Part shown: positions 1-16,162 of the stretch, one piece after another
How the letters are laid out: every line of letters begins with the position of its first letter
Position numbering within the stretch: position 1 is the first letter of the stretch
Source: the human T2T-CHM13v2.0 reference genome, Homo sapiens
NCBI RefSeq assembly: GCF_009914755.1
Contig: NC_060930.1
Reading direction: 5' to 3' (one strand)
Length of the DNA stretch: 64,000 bases
Position numbers and translations under genes: made by a program
Notes under the pieces: model-generated
What the model was told of the DNA's origin: nothing
Database searches by the model: none
The model's input: only the letters and a program-made list of their open reading frames with translations

Positions 1-812
1 TTTCTGCAAATGAATCTGTGGATAAGCGCTTCTACCAATGGAAAAATAAAAGGCTAAAACCTAACAGTTTTAAAGTTCACAGTATACATGGGAAAGTTAT
101 TTGAATTTTCAGTTGGTGATGACAGTACTTGTTCCCAGAAAACTGATATAACTCACTAATGCTCAGTACTGAAATACAAGAGTTTATTGTTGTTGTTGAC
201 GTATTGCTGTTACTTTGATATCCTTTAAAATGTAGAATCTGAATCATTGATGTCATGAGGCTTACTTAGAGAGTCGTCAAACAAAAAGTCAGATGATGTG
301 AGGATAAAGAAGTCTGAGAGTTTGTTGGTTTGCAGGTGACTTCCTGTGTCCCCCTTAGTTAGCTTCCAGGCAGGAGAGGCTATCAGAGCAGCTGGAACAT
401 TTTCTATAAAATAGCCACACAACTCAAAGAAGACACTATTGAGGCATCATTTCTAGGCTTTCCCCTTTGAAAAAAATCAAATTACATTTTGAATTTTTCA
501 GGATTGTTTTCCTTCTCTGTAGGGTTTATTTCTTTGAATAAAACTAGTATCTGCTAATGATTAGAATGATAATGTATGTTTCATGTTTATACTTACATAA
601 CTGTGTTTTTTACTTAAGGTTTTGTCCAATGTAATGATTTTTGGATTTGAAGTGTATTAAATGTTAATGTTTTTTCTAACTTCTAATTTTTTTTTTTACA
701 AATTCTGAAGATAAACACTAATATTTTGGTATTACATTAAAGAAATACCTAATTACCAGCATTGTCATTTTGCTTTCATCCTGCATCTCTAATCTCTAAC
801 TTTAAAAAATAG

Positions 813-962
<150 letters not shown>

Positions 963-1609
963 TAATATTTTCACTGACTCTTGCCAGCAAAGCTACATGT
1001 TATCAGCCTTCCCAGGGTTATACGTGCAGCACGGTAGTTCTTAGGCATTATATTGATTGCAAAGAAGGGCAGGAATCTCTGTGTATGCCTGTATCATTCA
1101 CTCCTGGGGAATAAAGATAACATAAGTGGATGACTCAGAAAGGCAGTGTTTTCCTCCCAGCCACATGCTAATCAAGCCCTTTCACAGAAAAACTGAAGAG
1201 TTTAGAAGCCAGTGGGTAGCACCAGAGCAAAGTACCTTGTATGTGGATGAACCTAGCCTACCCTTGGAACATGCGTCTGGAATTCCGAAACTTTTTAACT
1301 ATTTTGACTGATTATTGCTGGAATGGGGAGAGGAGGCAAAGAGGAAATGAAGACAAGATCCAGATTGGGATAGTCTGCTGATGGAAACTGTCAGGGTGTA
1401 GATTTTCTCTAAATGTTTAACAGAAACCTCAGAGACTAGATAATTGCAGGGATTCATGGAATAGCAAGTCAAATCCATTTCTCTACCCACCTCACTCCCA
1501 ATTAGAGTTTTCCTGGGGGAAATTCAGAAATGGAAACTGCCTAAGCATAAATACTTTGCATACTATAAATATTGCTGGGTTTGACACTTTGTAGGGAGCA
1601 AAGAAGGGG

Positions 1610-1800
1610 ACTGTAGAGATGTATGGACTTGAGTTTGAAATGTGGCTCCATCTCTTCCTGGCTGTGAGAACTTGGAAAATTCGTTGATTTACCAAATTCC
1701 ATTTAATCTTCTATAAGATGTGAATTATAATCTGCTTTGCAGAGTTATGTGAACTCAAAATCAGATTTTACCTGTAAAGTTCTTAAAGCAGTACTTGGCC
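1610..1800 (+). mobile_element. MIR SINE remnant
   Basis: Degenerate MIR core: gagtttgaaatgtggctcc...gctgtgagaacttggaaaa...tgtaaagttcttaaagcagtacttggc. Confidence 0.5.
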
Positions 1801-1994
1801 AATGTATCCTAGGTTAGGATACTGCTGGTATTTTGTTTCCAAGATGCATGCTACTGATTTTTTTCCCATAAGAATTTTTAGCATGAAATTTATTTCAGTG
1901 CATTACAGTTTTATTTTCAAAGGAAACTTAACCTAGAAATCAAGGCAAATCCCAAAAGTTATTAACTAATCTTTTCAGTTCTAATATCATTTAT

Positions 1995-2225
1995 AGGAAA
2001 ACAGGAAAAGAAAACTTGTAGAAGGAAATAGTGCAAATGGAGAAACAAACTGGGGTGAGAGAGGAGAGAATAAGGAAGGGTGAGAAGAATGAGGTGGAGA
2101 AATGGAGAGAATTTGGGAACATTGTATAGATAGGGTGATAAACAGAAATAGGCTAGAGAGATAGAACGTAGACATATAAACAGGTACAGAGATAAACAGA
2201 GAATTAAAATGGAAAGAGTGAGAAG
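1995..2225 (+). repeat. GA-rich low-complexity purine tract
   Basis: Strong A/G strand bias (ggagagaataaggaagggtgagaagaatgagg...). Confidence 0.6.
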
Positions 2226-2314
2226 CTCAGTATCTTAAAGGGAAGCTTGTCCATTGATCATATTGTAATAAATGTATATATCATGTAAAAATCCCTTTAA
2301 GCAGTACAAAATAA

Positions 2315-2428
<114 letters not shown>

Positions 2429-2950
2429 TGAGCAGTTTTCCTTTATTTCTCAAGGACAAAATGACATGACTTCATGCTTCATGATTTTCATTGTCTTCGA
2501 GAATATTCTTCTGCTCTGTGATACTGTTTTCATATTAAAAGGCAAATGATTGTTTCACTTAAGACAGAAAATACTTTTTACTCTCATTTTAACTTTCTGT
2601 TCTGTAGGGGATTAAAAATAGTAAGGAAAATCTAGAGAAGACAAAACTAATATATAAATTGATATTTGTATCAATGTTTTGTAGTTTGCATTAATTTTAA
2701 ATAGCAAATATACACTAATTCAGGGATTCTGGGAATGTTTCTCTTAGAACTTTGTGTGTTCATTCATCCCTCCAAGTTATTTGTATCTTACTAAAGAGAG
2801 AAGTTAGTCTCTGCATAGAAAGAAATATTATTGCCTTGTGAATATGGGGATGAGGTATACACAGGAAAATCTCACTTTCTTGCTTCAACTGTAAAGTGAA
2901 ATATTACACTCTACTTTGGATTCCTGGAAATGCTCTAAATATTCAGGTAA

Positions 2951-3196
<246 letters not shown>

Positions 3197-4122
3197 TAAG
3201 TATTTTTTTTTTCCTGGAGAGTAAATTTTATTGGATAATGATGTTACATGATTTCTCACCTATCTGAATACTTTGTGCCCAGATTTCAGAATTCAAATCT
3301 CTGCAAGATGTATTGATAGTCGTTAATAGTGAAGCAAGGTCATTCACAACATGAACTTAAAAGTTCTGTGTGTTTTTTTTTTTGAGAAATACAATTTACA
3401 ATATACATAGCCCTAGAAAGCATAAGCAGTCTTTCATTTTTTATTTGAAAATTCTAAATTTAGTTTAAAAATTATAAAATTCTAAATTTAGTCGACCAGT
3501 AGAGTTATGCATAACTGATCATTATAAGTCCACTATACTGTGAACTATGCCACTGACAGCCACAGCCACATGATTGTTGGACTTCTGAAATGAACATGCT
3601 GGGGCAGATGAAAATGTACCTGTATTTATATGATTCAATTTGTATTTAATTGCTTCATTTAATGTATTAATATTAAAATATTTAATGTTTTTCTATTTCC
3701 TTCTCTTCTACATTTCTCTGAAGAAAATTTTATATTTGTTAAAAATGTATTTTCTAACAATCTACATAATAACAATATAAACATTTTTATGGCATCTTGC
3801 AGTTCACAGAACACTTTTATCGCATTATTTCCTTTGATTCTTGATAAGCCGTAAGGTAGGGAGGATGCTTTTTCATGTTGGAAAAGAGAGGCTAAAATAA
3901 ATGAAAAACAGTATTTGTTCAGGATGATTTAATTGTTAATTTTCTTTAAAGCAGATATTTCTCTTGAGGATTTATCCATCCCTGTGATTCCATATTTTAA
4001 CAGATATCACTGTGGATTGGGGTAATTTTATGGGTGTTCATGTTAAGATCAGAAAATCTAAACACAATTTTATTTTGTTTGTATTTTGCCATGCAGCAAA
4101 ACATGTATGTTTAAGAATCTAA

Positions 4123-4365
<243 letters not shown>

Positions 4366-4684
4366 TAATTAATTAGTTAGACATATAAAAACTTGCTGAT
4401 CACTTAGCAGTTGCTGCTTCCAAGAGGTCTTGGTCCATGAAGTGGCAAGGTCTGAATGTTGGCTAAGTTTAACTAGAGCAGTAGCCATAAAGTATTGTGG
4501 GAGCTCAGAGTGGGTATGCTTTCATAATCTGGGTGACAGGGGTGGTCAGCTTACCTTCTACAAGAGGGGTTACTGGAGCTAAGCATGAGTAGGGGCCACC
4601 ATACTTGGGGTGAGCATCAGTTCAGTTAGAGGAAAGAGCTTTAAGGGCCCCAAGGTGAAAAGAAGCATGGTGCATTCTCTTTGC

Positions 4685-5185
4685 CAGTGGTTCTCAAACT
4701 GAACATTAGAATCTTCTGGAGGAGGCTGGGCGCGGTCTCTCAAGCCTGTAATCCCAGCACTTTGGGAGGCCGAGGTGGGTGGATCACTTGAGGTCAGGAG
4801 TTTGAGACCAGGCTGGCCAACATGGTAAACCCTGTTTCTACTAAAAATACAAAAAAAAGTTAGCCAGGCATGGTGGTGCAGGCCTGTAATCCCAGCTATT
4901 CAGGAGGCTGAGGCACGAGAATCACTTGAACCTGGGAGGCTGAGGTTGCAGTGAGCCGGAATCATGCCACTTCCCTCCAGCCTGGGCGACAGAGCAAGAC
5001 TCTGTCTCAATAGAAAAAAGAAAAAAATAATCTTCTGGAGGACTAGAGGACTTGTTAAAACAGATTTCTGGGACCTACTCCAGGAGTTTCTGATTTAGTA
5101 GGTCCTGGGTAGGCCCACCAAATTTGCACTTTTAGCAAGTTCCTTAGACATTGCTGGTCTAAGGATCATACTTTGAGAACCCGTG
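4685..5185. mobile_element. MER5A (hAT-Charlie MITE) split by an Alu
   Basis: TIR-like ends cagtggttctcaaact...actttgagaacc; internal gtttctgatttagtaggt typical of MER5A. Confidence 0.7.
4724..5028 (+). mobile_element. Alu (S family), full length
   Basis: Dimeric Alu with A-tail; perfect 14-bp TSD AATCTTCTGGAGGA (4710-4723 / 5029-5042). Confidence 0.93.
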
Positions 5186-6049
5186 ATGTAGAAGTCTGGG
5201 ATAGCAGGTGACAGTACGGCTGGACACATAAGCTGGGGCTGGATTAATGGAGAACCTTTTCAACATGTTCAAGCGACACATAAGCAAAGAGTTTTCAAGT
5301 TCCTACTACATGCCAGGCACTATTAGCCACCAGAGCAAACAAAATGAATGAAGCATTGTCCTTGACCTGGGAGAGTATAGTATGTGAAGCACAATATATC
5401 TTTTAACTGTGGAGATAGAACAAACTGAAAATATAAAAAGCCTGAAATCAGGATACAGGCAAGACCTTTTTTCTCCATTAGACTAGGGGCTCTTTTGGGT
5501 AATTCTTTTTCACATTTTAAGAGTAAAACTCAGTCAACCTCCGTCTCATTCCAAGACAATTTGCAGGAAAGCATTCTTTGTCCTTGAGCTATGGTTTCAG
5601 GAAAAATGCTATCTGAGAGTGTTCATAAAATTTTAATGCAGTCTGAAATCAACAAGTTAACTTCAGTCTCTTTCTCTTTCTCTCTCCCTTGCCCCTTTCT
5701 CCCATAGTTATTATCTTTCACTACGTGTTTTGAGAAAACCTCAAAATCTGCTGCTGGTAAATCTAATTCTTATACTTGAAAATGTTGACTGATTTATAGA
5801 TTTCTTCCTATGTCTTAATTAAAATCAATGCATTTTCTCCTTTGGCACACATGTAAAACCCAAATGAGATCTACAGCTCTGTCTGTAGGGGTTTATCCAG
5901 GAGTTGCAGTGACTACTGTAGATACAAAGGGAAGTCCTGGTACTGGCTAATTTGAACTTGCAATTGTTCACTCGCCTAACTATACATGTGGAATAAAGTT
6001 ATTACCATTCAATTATGATTACTTGACCAATATATCTGTGTGTGTGTGA

Positions 6050-6232
<183 letters not shown>

Positions 6233-7419
6233 TGAAGTTTCTTTGAGCAAAGAAAACAAAACTTTAGATTCTGTTGAAATATATCAGAAGGTTTAGAAAA
6301 ATTTACTGTGTTTTCAAAACTGAAAATTTTTAATATAATTGTTTAAATATTTTATTTCAGATAATATGCTAATTAACAAGTTGTATGTACTTCAATTTTT
6401 AAAATAATTCAAGTATTAGGCTAAGGCTTGCATTAAACAATTAGAAATTGAATTAGTGAAGAAATGACCGTTTATTATTACTTTTATTAAATATTTTATG
6501 CTCTCCAATCATTTAGGCCTTTACAGTTAAAGAAATTGCACACCAAAGGAAAGGGTTTTTTTTTTTTTTCTTTAATTTAGCAGTAAGTACTGTTTACATA
6601 ATGAGCAGCATTCTTGGCTTTAATCAGTTTTCCCATTAGTATTTCAAGTGACCTTTGGTCTTTACACATCCGCAGAGTAAGATGGAATTGTGCTAAGCAC
6701 ATATTATCATTTTTATTGGCATCATTTCTAGATTCTAGAAGGCCCACTGCCAGCAAACACTGGTGACCTCTGTTTGCCTTTACAAGTACAACCTGATCGA
6801 GAGCAGGTTCGCTGGGCCCTTTTTAAAAAATAAAACTTATCTATTAAATTCAAGATATCATTGCATATTGAACAATGTGACTTATATAAAATAGCAAGTC
6901 TCAAGGTCAGAGAATTGTTTCTAATAGATCTGCCTTTATATGTCATGTGTAGAGGAGCAGCCAAGTAGAGATATAGTCAAGGAAAAATAATACCATGGAA
7001 TCCTTGACAGTAGTTAATTCCAAAATTTAAAAATTTTATCAACAAATGTTTTAGGAACCAGCTCTATACAAATTTGGTGATTTATATGAATGCAATTTAT
7101 ATATTTTGTATAAAACGTGTAATTTATCCTGAAAGATTTAATAGCTATAAACATGTACAACTGCAGTTTTAAAAATTATGGTAACTTGAAGTGTATGACA
7201 ATGTTACCTTAAAACCAATATAAAAATGCAGCAAAACATGTATGTATGTAGGTGCCACAAAATGTGAATGGTACAGAAATGGAGTCCAGTGCAGGGAGAA
7301 GGTTTAGCCCTGCACTCTTAGATTTGCAAGCATCTGTCATTGTTTTGAGTCTTCTCCATATCATTGTTTCCTTCTCCTTTGGTATTTCTCTACCAAAGTT
7401 GTTATTAGGAAGCATATCT

Positions 7420-7556
7420 GGCCAGGCGCAGTGCCTCGTGCCTGTAATCCTAGCACTTTGGGAGGCTGAGGAGGGAGGATTGCTTGAGACCAAGAGTTCA
7501 AGGCCAATCAAGCCAACATAGTGAGACCCGTCTCTTTAAAAAAAAAAAAAAAAAAA
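7420..7556 (+). mobile_element. FLAM-type Alu monomer
   Basis: Single left arm + A-tail; TSD AGGAAGCATAT (7407-7417 / 7557-7567). Confidence 0.85.
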
Positions 7557-8513
7557 AGGAAGCATATGTTCAGTTTCTAAAGTTAATTTACAGGAGAATG
7601 AAAAAACTTTAAAGGTTCTGTGGTGCTCCCCTATCATAGAGGGCAAGGTACGATGGTGATGGTGTTTTTTTTTGTGTTTTACTGAAAGGCTGGGTATCAC
7701 CAGCTAATAGCTGAGTTTAATAATGACCACCACACAAAATTAACAAAAAGCTATATTCTGGATGCTGAATTTTATTTGGAATTTATCCTGTGATTATTCC
7801 AAAACAACTGATTTGTAAGCTATGATATAAAGAGAAATTCAGGAGATTTGACAAGAAATACAAGGGAAAGAAAAAAATAGAGATGAACTTGCAGAATAGA
7901 ATGCTTATTGGTCCAAACCATTTTATGGGACAGATTTGATTTCCTGACAGCCTTATTGCTTAAGTGAAATCTGCAGATGCTGGCAAGTATACAGTCAGAG
8001 AAGAAGGTAGAAGTCCTGGATGGGACTTGAATCCAGTATTACTTTTAGGTATAAGTTAGTAAACATGTCAGGCTGTTGGCATGGATGTGAAAGATGTCTT
8101 GCTTTTTATTTTTCACACCATATTTTCTTCATACTTCTCTGAAAGAAAACAACATCTATCTTCTAAAGTAGGGAAATGATCTAATTGTTTCACAGCTTTT
8201 TATGAGTTTATATTATTTATGAGTCTGCATTGTTTCAGTTGTTAACTGGCTGACATCAGTCACCACAATCAAGAATGTAGTTTTATGAACTCAGTCTTAC
8301 AATATTGGCTCCCAACATTCCCTCAATGTATTTATTATAATAAGGGAAATAGCAAACCTCCTTCAGGAAAGCCAGCAACTTGATGTGATAAACAGGATGT
8401 TCTAGAACTGAAGATCTTAAGTGTAAAAATTGCTGACAGTTTGCTTATTTTGGAGCACCAAAGTAAAATAAAAGTGTACTTCTGACTGATACACGCGATT
8501 TTTTTTTCTTTAA

Positions 8514-8654
<141 letters not shown>

Positions 8655-9380
8655 TAGCATTTGGACAGAAGTGGACTATTTAATATACTAGTGGGGCCTT
8701 TTTTTCTACATGTTAAAAAGTAACTGACCCTTTTTTTGTGGAGTAGGGCCCAGTTTTCTATAAAGAGAGAACAACTGATCAGGTAGTGCTTTAAAGTCAC
8801 AGTAAATTGAAGCAGCTGGAGAGGTTAGTCTTATCTAGGACTCAATAATCAGAAAGAGAAGGGAAGTGAAGAGAAGGGCTTCTATTTTTCAGATATAACA
8901 TATATTGCTTCAGATAAATTAGATGCAGATGTAGTTGCACAATTCTGCCAATAGAGGTTTTGGTTGTTTCTTTGTATTTCTGTGTATATTTGCAAAGATA
9001 ACTGCAACTGGGAAAGCCAACAAAGAAACAGGGGAGGGTGGACTTATTTTTTGAGAGGTTAGCAGTGGTTAGTCTTTGCAAATGTTGCTTTTCTTGTTGC
9101 TTCATTACCCTTGTCATCTGTTTGTTTGATAAAATTAGATGGAAGTTCTCATTGTCCCAGATGGCCCAAGAACAGGTTTTTCTCACTTTTCCAAAGGGCC
9201 CTCATCATGATTCTGCCATTTATTAGATAGGCAGGAAGACAGGCTGGAAATGAGTGTGCTGAGGATTGAAAGCCAAGTCACCTAAGATCTAGCCTCCTTT
9301 GCCACGAACCGTCTTAGACTTCCGTGTTCAACACTTTGGCTTCCTTTGTTTCAGCCCCTTCATTCATAAAGGACGATTTT

Positions 9381-9896
9381 TAAAAATTGTAGAACATACA
9401 TAATATAAATGTATCATCTTAATCATTTTTAAGTGTACAGTTCAATAGCATTAAGTGTGTTCACATTGTTATGCAGCCATCACCACTATCCATCTCCCCA
9501 GTTGAAACTCTCCTCCCATTAAATACCCATTCCCTGTTCTCTCCTTTCAATAGCACCTGGCAACCACCATCCTACTTTCTGTCTCTTAATTTCACTACTC
9601 TAAGTACCTCATATAAGTGGAAACATACAGTGTTTGTCCTTTGTGACTGGCTTATTTCATAGCACAGTGTCTTCAAGGTTTATCCATGTTGTAGCATCTG
9701 TCAGAACTGACTTCCTTTTTAAGGCTGAAGAGTATTTCATTGTATGTATATACTAGATTTTGTTTGTCTATTCCTCATTGATAGACGCTTGGGTTGCTTC
9801 TACTTTTTGGCTCTTGTGAATAATGCTACTGTGAGCATGAGTCTACAGATATCTTGTCGAGTCCTTGTTTTCAATTTGTCTATGTAAATACCCAGA
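9381..9896 (-). mobile_element. L1MB-like LINE 3' fragment
   Basis: ttttaagtgtacagttcaatagcattaagt... L1M 3'UTR; degenerate TSD CATAAAGGA(CG/GA)ATTTT at 9365-9380 / 9897-9912. Confidence 0.75.
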
Positions 9897-10240
9897 CATA
9901 AAGGAGAATTTTGAAGATGATGTGAAATTGTAGTGTCAAGAGCTTTTCTAAATGCTAAGAATGAGAGTAGAATCAATATACTTAATGATGGGACATTTGT
10001 AGTAACCTACAGATAAATGAGTAGGTAGTATGATTCCTTATGAGGTTAGAGTTGATTTTCGCTTGAAGTCTCTATGGGAGAGAAGAAGATCCCCCTAAAT
10101 TGCCTACATTTTCAGGTTGAATTGGCATGTTAATACTAATCTATTTCTTTGTGAAACCCTTCGTGTTTTTATTCTTTTGCCATATTTAAATCATGGCATT
10201 TTAAACACAATTTCACATGTTTATTCTTATGTTAATATAG

Positions 10241-10286
10241 GAAGTGCATCATCCCATCTGTGCCTTCTGGGATCTGAACAAAAACA
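10241..10286 (+). CDS. ADGRG6: ADGRG6 coding exon (EVHHPICAFWDLNKN; start of GPS motif)
   Basis: atag acceptor, gtaagt donor; 46 nt; C-x-FWD GPS signature. Confidence 0.94.
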
Positions 10287-11487
10287 GTAAGTTTTAAAAT
10301 ATTGGTTGTCTTAATATAGATAACAACTGAATTTTAAACATTGTTAGACACCCCCATTTCCTTTAATTCCACCCCAAACCAGAGTGAGTCACAATGTAAG
10401 TGTAAATGGCAAATGAGCTGCAAAGTTAGTTTAGGTAGCTTGGGAAGTCAGTTCTAATTTCTGTAACTTTTTAGTCATTGCAAGAAGAAATAGGCAGACT
10501 TCACTGTGTTTTCTTTCATTTTTCAGTTGAACAACCTCTTTGACATCAGTTATTTATAAAATACAGCATACAATTTTATTGCTACTTTTGATGAAAGTAG
10601 ACTTGCACTTAATCTCATTCTTCTAAGACACAGTTGAGGGGATTATTTGATATGTGTAAGGCAGACAATTTAAAATCCAGCTTCCAGACCTCCAGTTATG
10701 AGGGAGGTGAGAAGCTGACTGAAGGAATGTAAATATAGAAATTGATATAATGGACATATATTACTTGAAAGAGATGAAGAGCCTGCAGAATTAGATTTGA
10801 CAATCAAGAAAGGAAGGCAAAATTAAGGGATGAATCAATCAGTAGGCATAAGGTGTAAATCTCTTTGAAAGGAAGTACAAATAAAGAAGCTTCTTCTGTT
10901 TGTCCCCTTGTGAGGATTATTGTGGCCAGATTCATTCTGATATAAAGGCAGGGTACTTTGCTGATGAAAACAGCCTGAAAAGGGCAAAAACTTCTTTTTT
11001 TGATAGTTCTTGTCACAGCAAGACAGGAGTTTTTTGGTGGAGGGGTTTAGTTGCATAATTTTGAGAAGATCTTTACTCATTTACCTAGTTAAAAGTATCA
11101 CTTTATTATCTTAAAATATTATTTAAATAAATGGATTCAATACATTGACAATATGCATTGCTCATATTCCATTTTATACCATGAAAGTCAAATAAGGTGG
11201 TTTCAAGCCATTTACAATCAGTTACTACCATTCATGATTTTTGTATACATAAATGGCACATTCTAAGAAAGCAAACCTTCTTTGTTCTTATGTCTTCATG
11301 AAAATGTAGATTAACCCTCAGAAAAAATTGTTGGTTCATTAGTGTGTAGTGTATTTGAAAATGAGTCTTCTTTTTGTGGAAGTTCATTTTAAAATATGTT
11401 AAAAATTAAACTTGAATCAAACATTTGTGGAACTCTCAAGTTTGAACCTACTGATTAGATCACCTCTAACTGCCCACCCAGAGCTAA

Positions 11488-11805
<318 letters not shown>

Positions 11806-14265
11806 TGACATGCTGTAACTTTGGATGGCATACTCCTTTTTTGTATGTATTTTTAGATTATGTATTTTGGGAATTATTTCCTGATAGTTTTCATCTGTAC
11901 CGTGAATCTTAATTCTTAATAAAGAATCTAATTAGCAAAGATCACATATTAAAAATATGTGAAAGTAATTATAGAAAAGAACTTTCTCCCTTTTTTTCCT
12001 GTAGCATTAACAGTGATGATAAATAATCCCAGAAACAAGAAAATCCTCATGAAACTTTTTAATTAAGAGAGAAACAGAGTCAAAGAGATGGACGGGGAGA
12101 CAAGTGGGAGGAGGGAGAGAAAGTTAAAGAAGAAAATGTTGGGTGTTACTAACATGGAAGGGAATTGTGAATAGTGTAATCAAAAAAATTTTTCTTATGT
12201 TGTCACTCATTCAATATATTTGAACGTTGCTTTGTACCTGGTACTGCACCGAGTGATCTCCCTCCTAGAGATTGCAGTTTGTTAGGACAGACTAGTGACT
12301 AGGGTTAGAATGGAGACTTCAGAGCTGCAAGAGAGATAATGGTTATGATGTTTCTGTCACTCTTAGGCCTCTATATCATTCTTTCCTTCCTTCTTCCATG
12401 CCCCTGTTTTATCTTATTAGCCAGCTTGCCAAACAGTTTTAAACAAAATTAGATTGCGTCAATGTGTTTTTCTTATCCCACCAAATTTTAAGACGCACCA
12501 CGCATCCAGCGACTTCTTTGAACTCATCCATAGATTTATACCTTTCCCTTTTATCCAGTTTACCTGTGATTTTGCAAACACTTTTCTGGTCTCCAGGGTA
12601 TGCTCTGGGTTGTAGCATAGCCTTTGTTTCTGTTTGGTTTTCATAAAGGGACCAAACCACATTTGTTTTTTAATAGGAGATAGGAGTGATGTGAGCTGAG
12701 GCAATAAAGCTTTTCAAATTAGAATCACAGACGTCAGGTTTTGTTTATTCCCGCCTTTAAATCTTGCACCCTTCTTCCTGTGGGGACTGGGAGGAAGCCT
12801 TGAGGATCTGTGGGATGTAGTATTTGGCTCACAAATCTACTCAGCCTATGTAAATGGCCATTGTCATATGGCAACCCTGCAAGTTGTAATTTTCCTGACA
12901 ATCAAGTACATAAATGCTCTGCAGAATAAGAGCAAGTCATTTAAAAAGGTGATAAATCATAGAAGACACCTTTTTAACTATCTAAAATACAAATATTTTC
13001 CTTTTGCTGTCAAAGCATGAAAATGAACAATTAACTATTGCATGTTTTCCTTAAGTAATTATAAAAGAAAATTCAGTTTCCTTCCATGTTCTCTTTTTTG
13101 CAAAAGTGATAGCAGGCATTCTTTCAAAGAACACTTATTTTTTGTGATTACTCATTCAGGTATGTAAGCTTTAGCTTAATTCATTTAAATATTTCAACTA
13201 TGTGCATGTTGTAAGTCTGGTATTAAATAAATAGATAACAGTAACAAAATTTACTCTTCAGAGATGATTTATATGAAGCCAGAGTTTGCCTGCCCACGAC
13301 TTCATATGGCCAGTTCCTTCATATATTGTCTAAATTTTATTATGAGTTTGTAATTACGCATTATTTTTTCTGCTGCTATCTGATTGAATGGTTAATTATA
13401 TATATATATATGTGAAGATAAGCATCATTCATGTTCTCTTTCCATTTTCTACCTTGTCTGTTTTTGTAATATTAAAAATTGCTGGTAGAAAATCTTTTCA
13501 GAACATATCCTTTTTGGTGATGTTCTCTTATCTTTTCAGTTTTTCCAGACCACCAAGACTTTGTTAAGAGTTTTTCTTGACTTAGAAACTCTTTATTCAC
13601 TTGTATAAGATATTCCCAGAGTCTGCATTGTCCCATGACACATTCACCAGTTCACCATATGAGATGCTAAAACAATGCACCTCATACCTATAATTATATC
13701 TTCTGGTCTACAAATATTTCAAGAATTTAATGTCTTCTGCTACATTTCTTTGTACTAAAACTGGCTTTCATGAAGATTAGTACATTTTCATATTGGCTAT
13801 ATCATAAAAGTTTTCATATTTTCATTCTCTAAAAGAACAAAACAACATGAAATTGTGTATAAATCTGTAAACAAATCTGTAAGCAGCCTTATTTAATTTC
13901 TATTTGAAATTCTGGATTTAATTGTGATTTGCAAGTCATAGGTTTTTCAAGAATTTGTGACACATCACTTGGCAATCTCTCAAAACCATGATTCATCTCT
14001 CTGGGCTGATGAATCATTGGTTGAGTTAGCCTATCTGTGAATCAAGTGGCACCAACTCAAACCCCATCCCATGTACCCTGGGTGCCCCGTGTTCTCCCAG
14101 TGTTTTAAGGGATTCCTGGGATAAGAAGATAGGGGGAGCCCCCTCAGACTCTGAGCCTCTGCTTCTGCTGAATTCCATCACTTCGTGCATGGCTTGATGT
14201 TGCAGAGATACTGTACCTGTTCTTTACTGCATCAGTGAAACCTGAAACTAACCCACATTTCTTTA

Positions 14266-14266
<1 letters not shown>

Positions 14267-14304
<38 letters not shown>
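14267..14304 (+). repeat. (CA)19 microsatellite
   Basis: Direct read. Confidence 0.95.
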
Positions 14305-14305
<1 letters not shown>

Positions 14306-15335
14306 CTTAAGGCCTGTGTGTGAGTAGCAGATTTTATTGGCATTTTGATGACAGTTAAAGGCAATTTACATATAGAAGGAAAAATCATAAACATTTTCTC
14401 CATAATTTAAAACCTAAAAGTTTACGCTAGATATTCAATACATCCCTTCTGTAAGAACACTCCATTTTTTAACATCTACATAAAGGAGGTACTTTTCTCC
14501 TCCAACCAGGATTGAGTGAGTGGTCTTACCTCAAGATTTATTCCTATCCCAATCCCCCATTTAAGGCAGAAAAGAAAGATTTTTCTACCAAGTCCAGACC
14601 TGTAAGTCTCCCTTAGCACATTGAAATTAATACTTTATATTAATACACTGGAAAGTATTTACTTCTTTCCACTCCACAACAGCCCCAAATAATTTAAATT
14701 GTATCCTTTCAGTACTATAGGAATAAAAAAGTCTATGACCCCCAAAAGTCTTAATGGCATCTCAGTTATGAAAATAAAGACAGTCCCACCTCATACATAC
14801 CAAGCATTGAAATAACCAGGGTTAGGAGCCTCCGCACCACCCTTAGAGCCTGGCAGTCACAGCACCAGCACCAGCCTCTGGCTGAGCTCCTTGCTACCTG
14901 GCAAGGAACCTAAAGGCTTGAGGGTTTGGCCATATAGACTACTGTGGTCTCCATTTGAACTGGTGCCCCAAGCCCTGCAACTGTTAGGAATGGGCCTGAT
15001 GGTTTATTATGCAAGGCAACCGTCTCCTCTCCAATTTCTGTTGAGAGTCCTGGTGGTTTTGATCTTCAGGTTATACCGGTTTGCAGAAAGCTTGGGAAAG
15101 AAGGTAATGATGAAAAACAATGTGTAACGACTTCCAGAAGTAATGCTGCATTTTTTTCTTTTATTTATTGATCGAAAATAATATAATAAATGGAAATTTT
15201 AATATTGATTTACACTGTTGGTTTTAGCCCCTGAGAGTAAGCTGCTCTAATGTTAACAGTGAACTTTCTAGTGAAACAGAGAACCATTCTCATGAGAAGA
15301 GAGTTTCTTACAGCTGCTCGCCATGTTTTATGTAG

Positions 15336-15464
<129 letters not shown>

Positions 15465-16162
15465 TAAGTATATTTTTAATCTGCCAAACCCATTGCTAAC
15501 TGTTCCAAATGTGAATAAGAAAATTGCCTCGGCTTTGAAAAACATTTATACACTGTAGGGTGGTTGAACGTTAATGTTCATGTTTCTGATAAAATATATT
15601 ATGTAACATGAATTTTCCAGCTATAGAATTTTAATTTATAATTGCTGTATTTCTATTTATAAAATGCATTCAAATCTGTTAGAAATGATTAACATTTAAG
15701 TAAGTAAAAATTATATAAGGTGCTTTCTGTATTGTAAAACATGAAAATGTTTGTTTTATAATCTTATAAAATTAGTCCTGAAACAATTTTTTTAAGATCC
15801 TTTTAACTCATTAAAAATCAAAAAGGTTCAAATAATTTAGGGAAATTATTTTTTAAGAAAAATGTCATTCTTACAACTCTAGAATTTTTCCTGGGTTAAA
15901 AAAAAATTCAGTTGAAGCCCAACTGGGAATTGTATAAACAATTGGAAATAATTTTGAAGTAAACTAATATTTTTAAAGTCTTTATAACTTGCCAAATACT
16001 CATAAATATCCTTAGCCCCTCCTTTTAGCAGAACCACATCAGAAAGGTGGTGCTACTTATCTCATTGCAGGGTTGTATAAGATACGAATTTATACAGGCC
16101 TGTGCTTAAAAGATTGATATACAGTATTAGTTCTCTCATAGATTCCTTTTTTCATTTTTTAG

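Noticed and set aside
3448-3492. 17-bp direct repeat AAAATTCTAAATTTAGT (a similar short duplication occurs at ~53714-53746)
   Set aside because: AT-rich slippage duplications with no functional hint
15301-15335. Upstream 'tttcttacag' (AG at 15312-13) as an alternative acceptor that would frameshift after the Stachel ([21 protein letters not shown])
   Set aside because: The CTTAC directly before it fits the branch-point consensus ~25 nt upstream of the true acceptor, which would leave this AG too close to the branch to be used; no direct evidence of use
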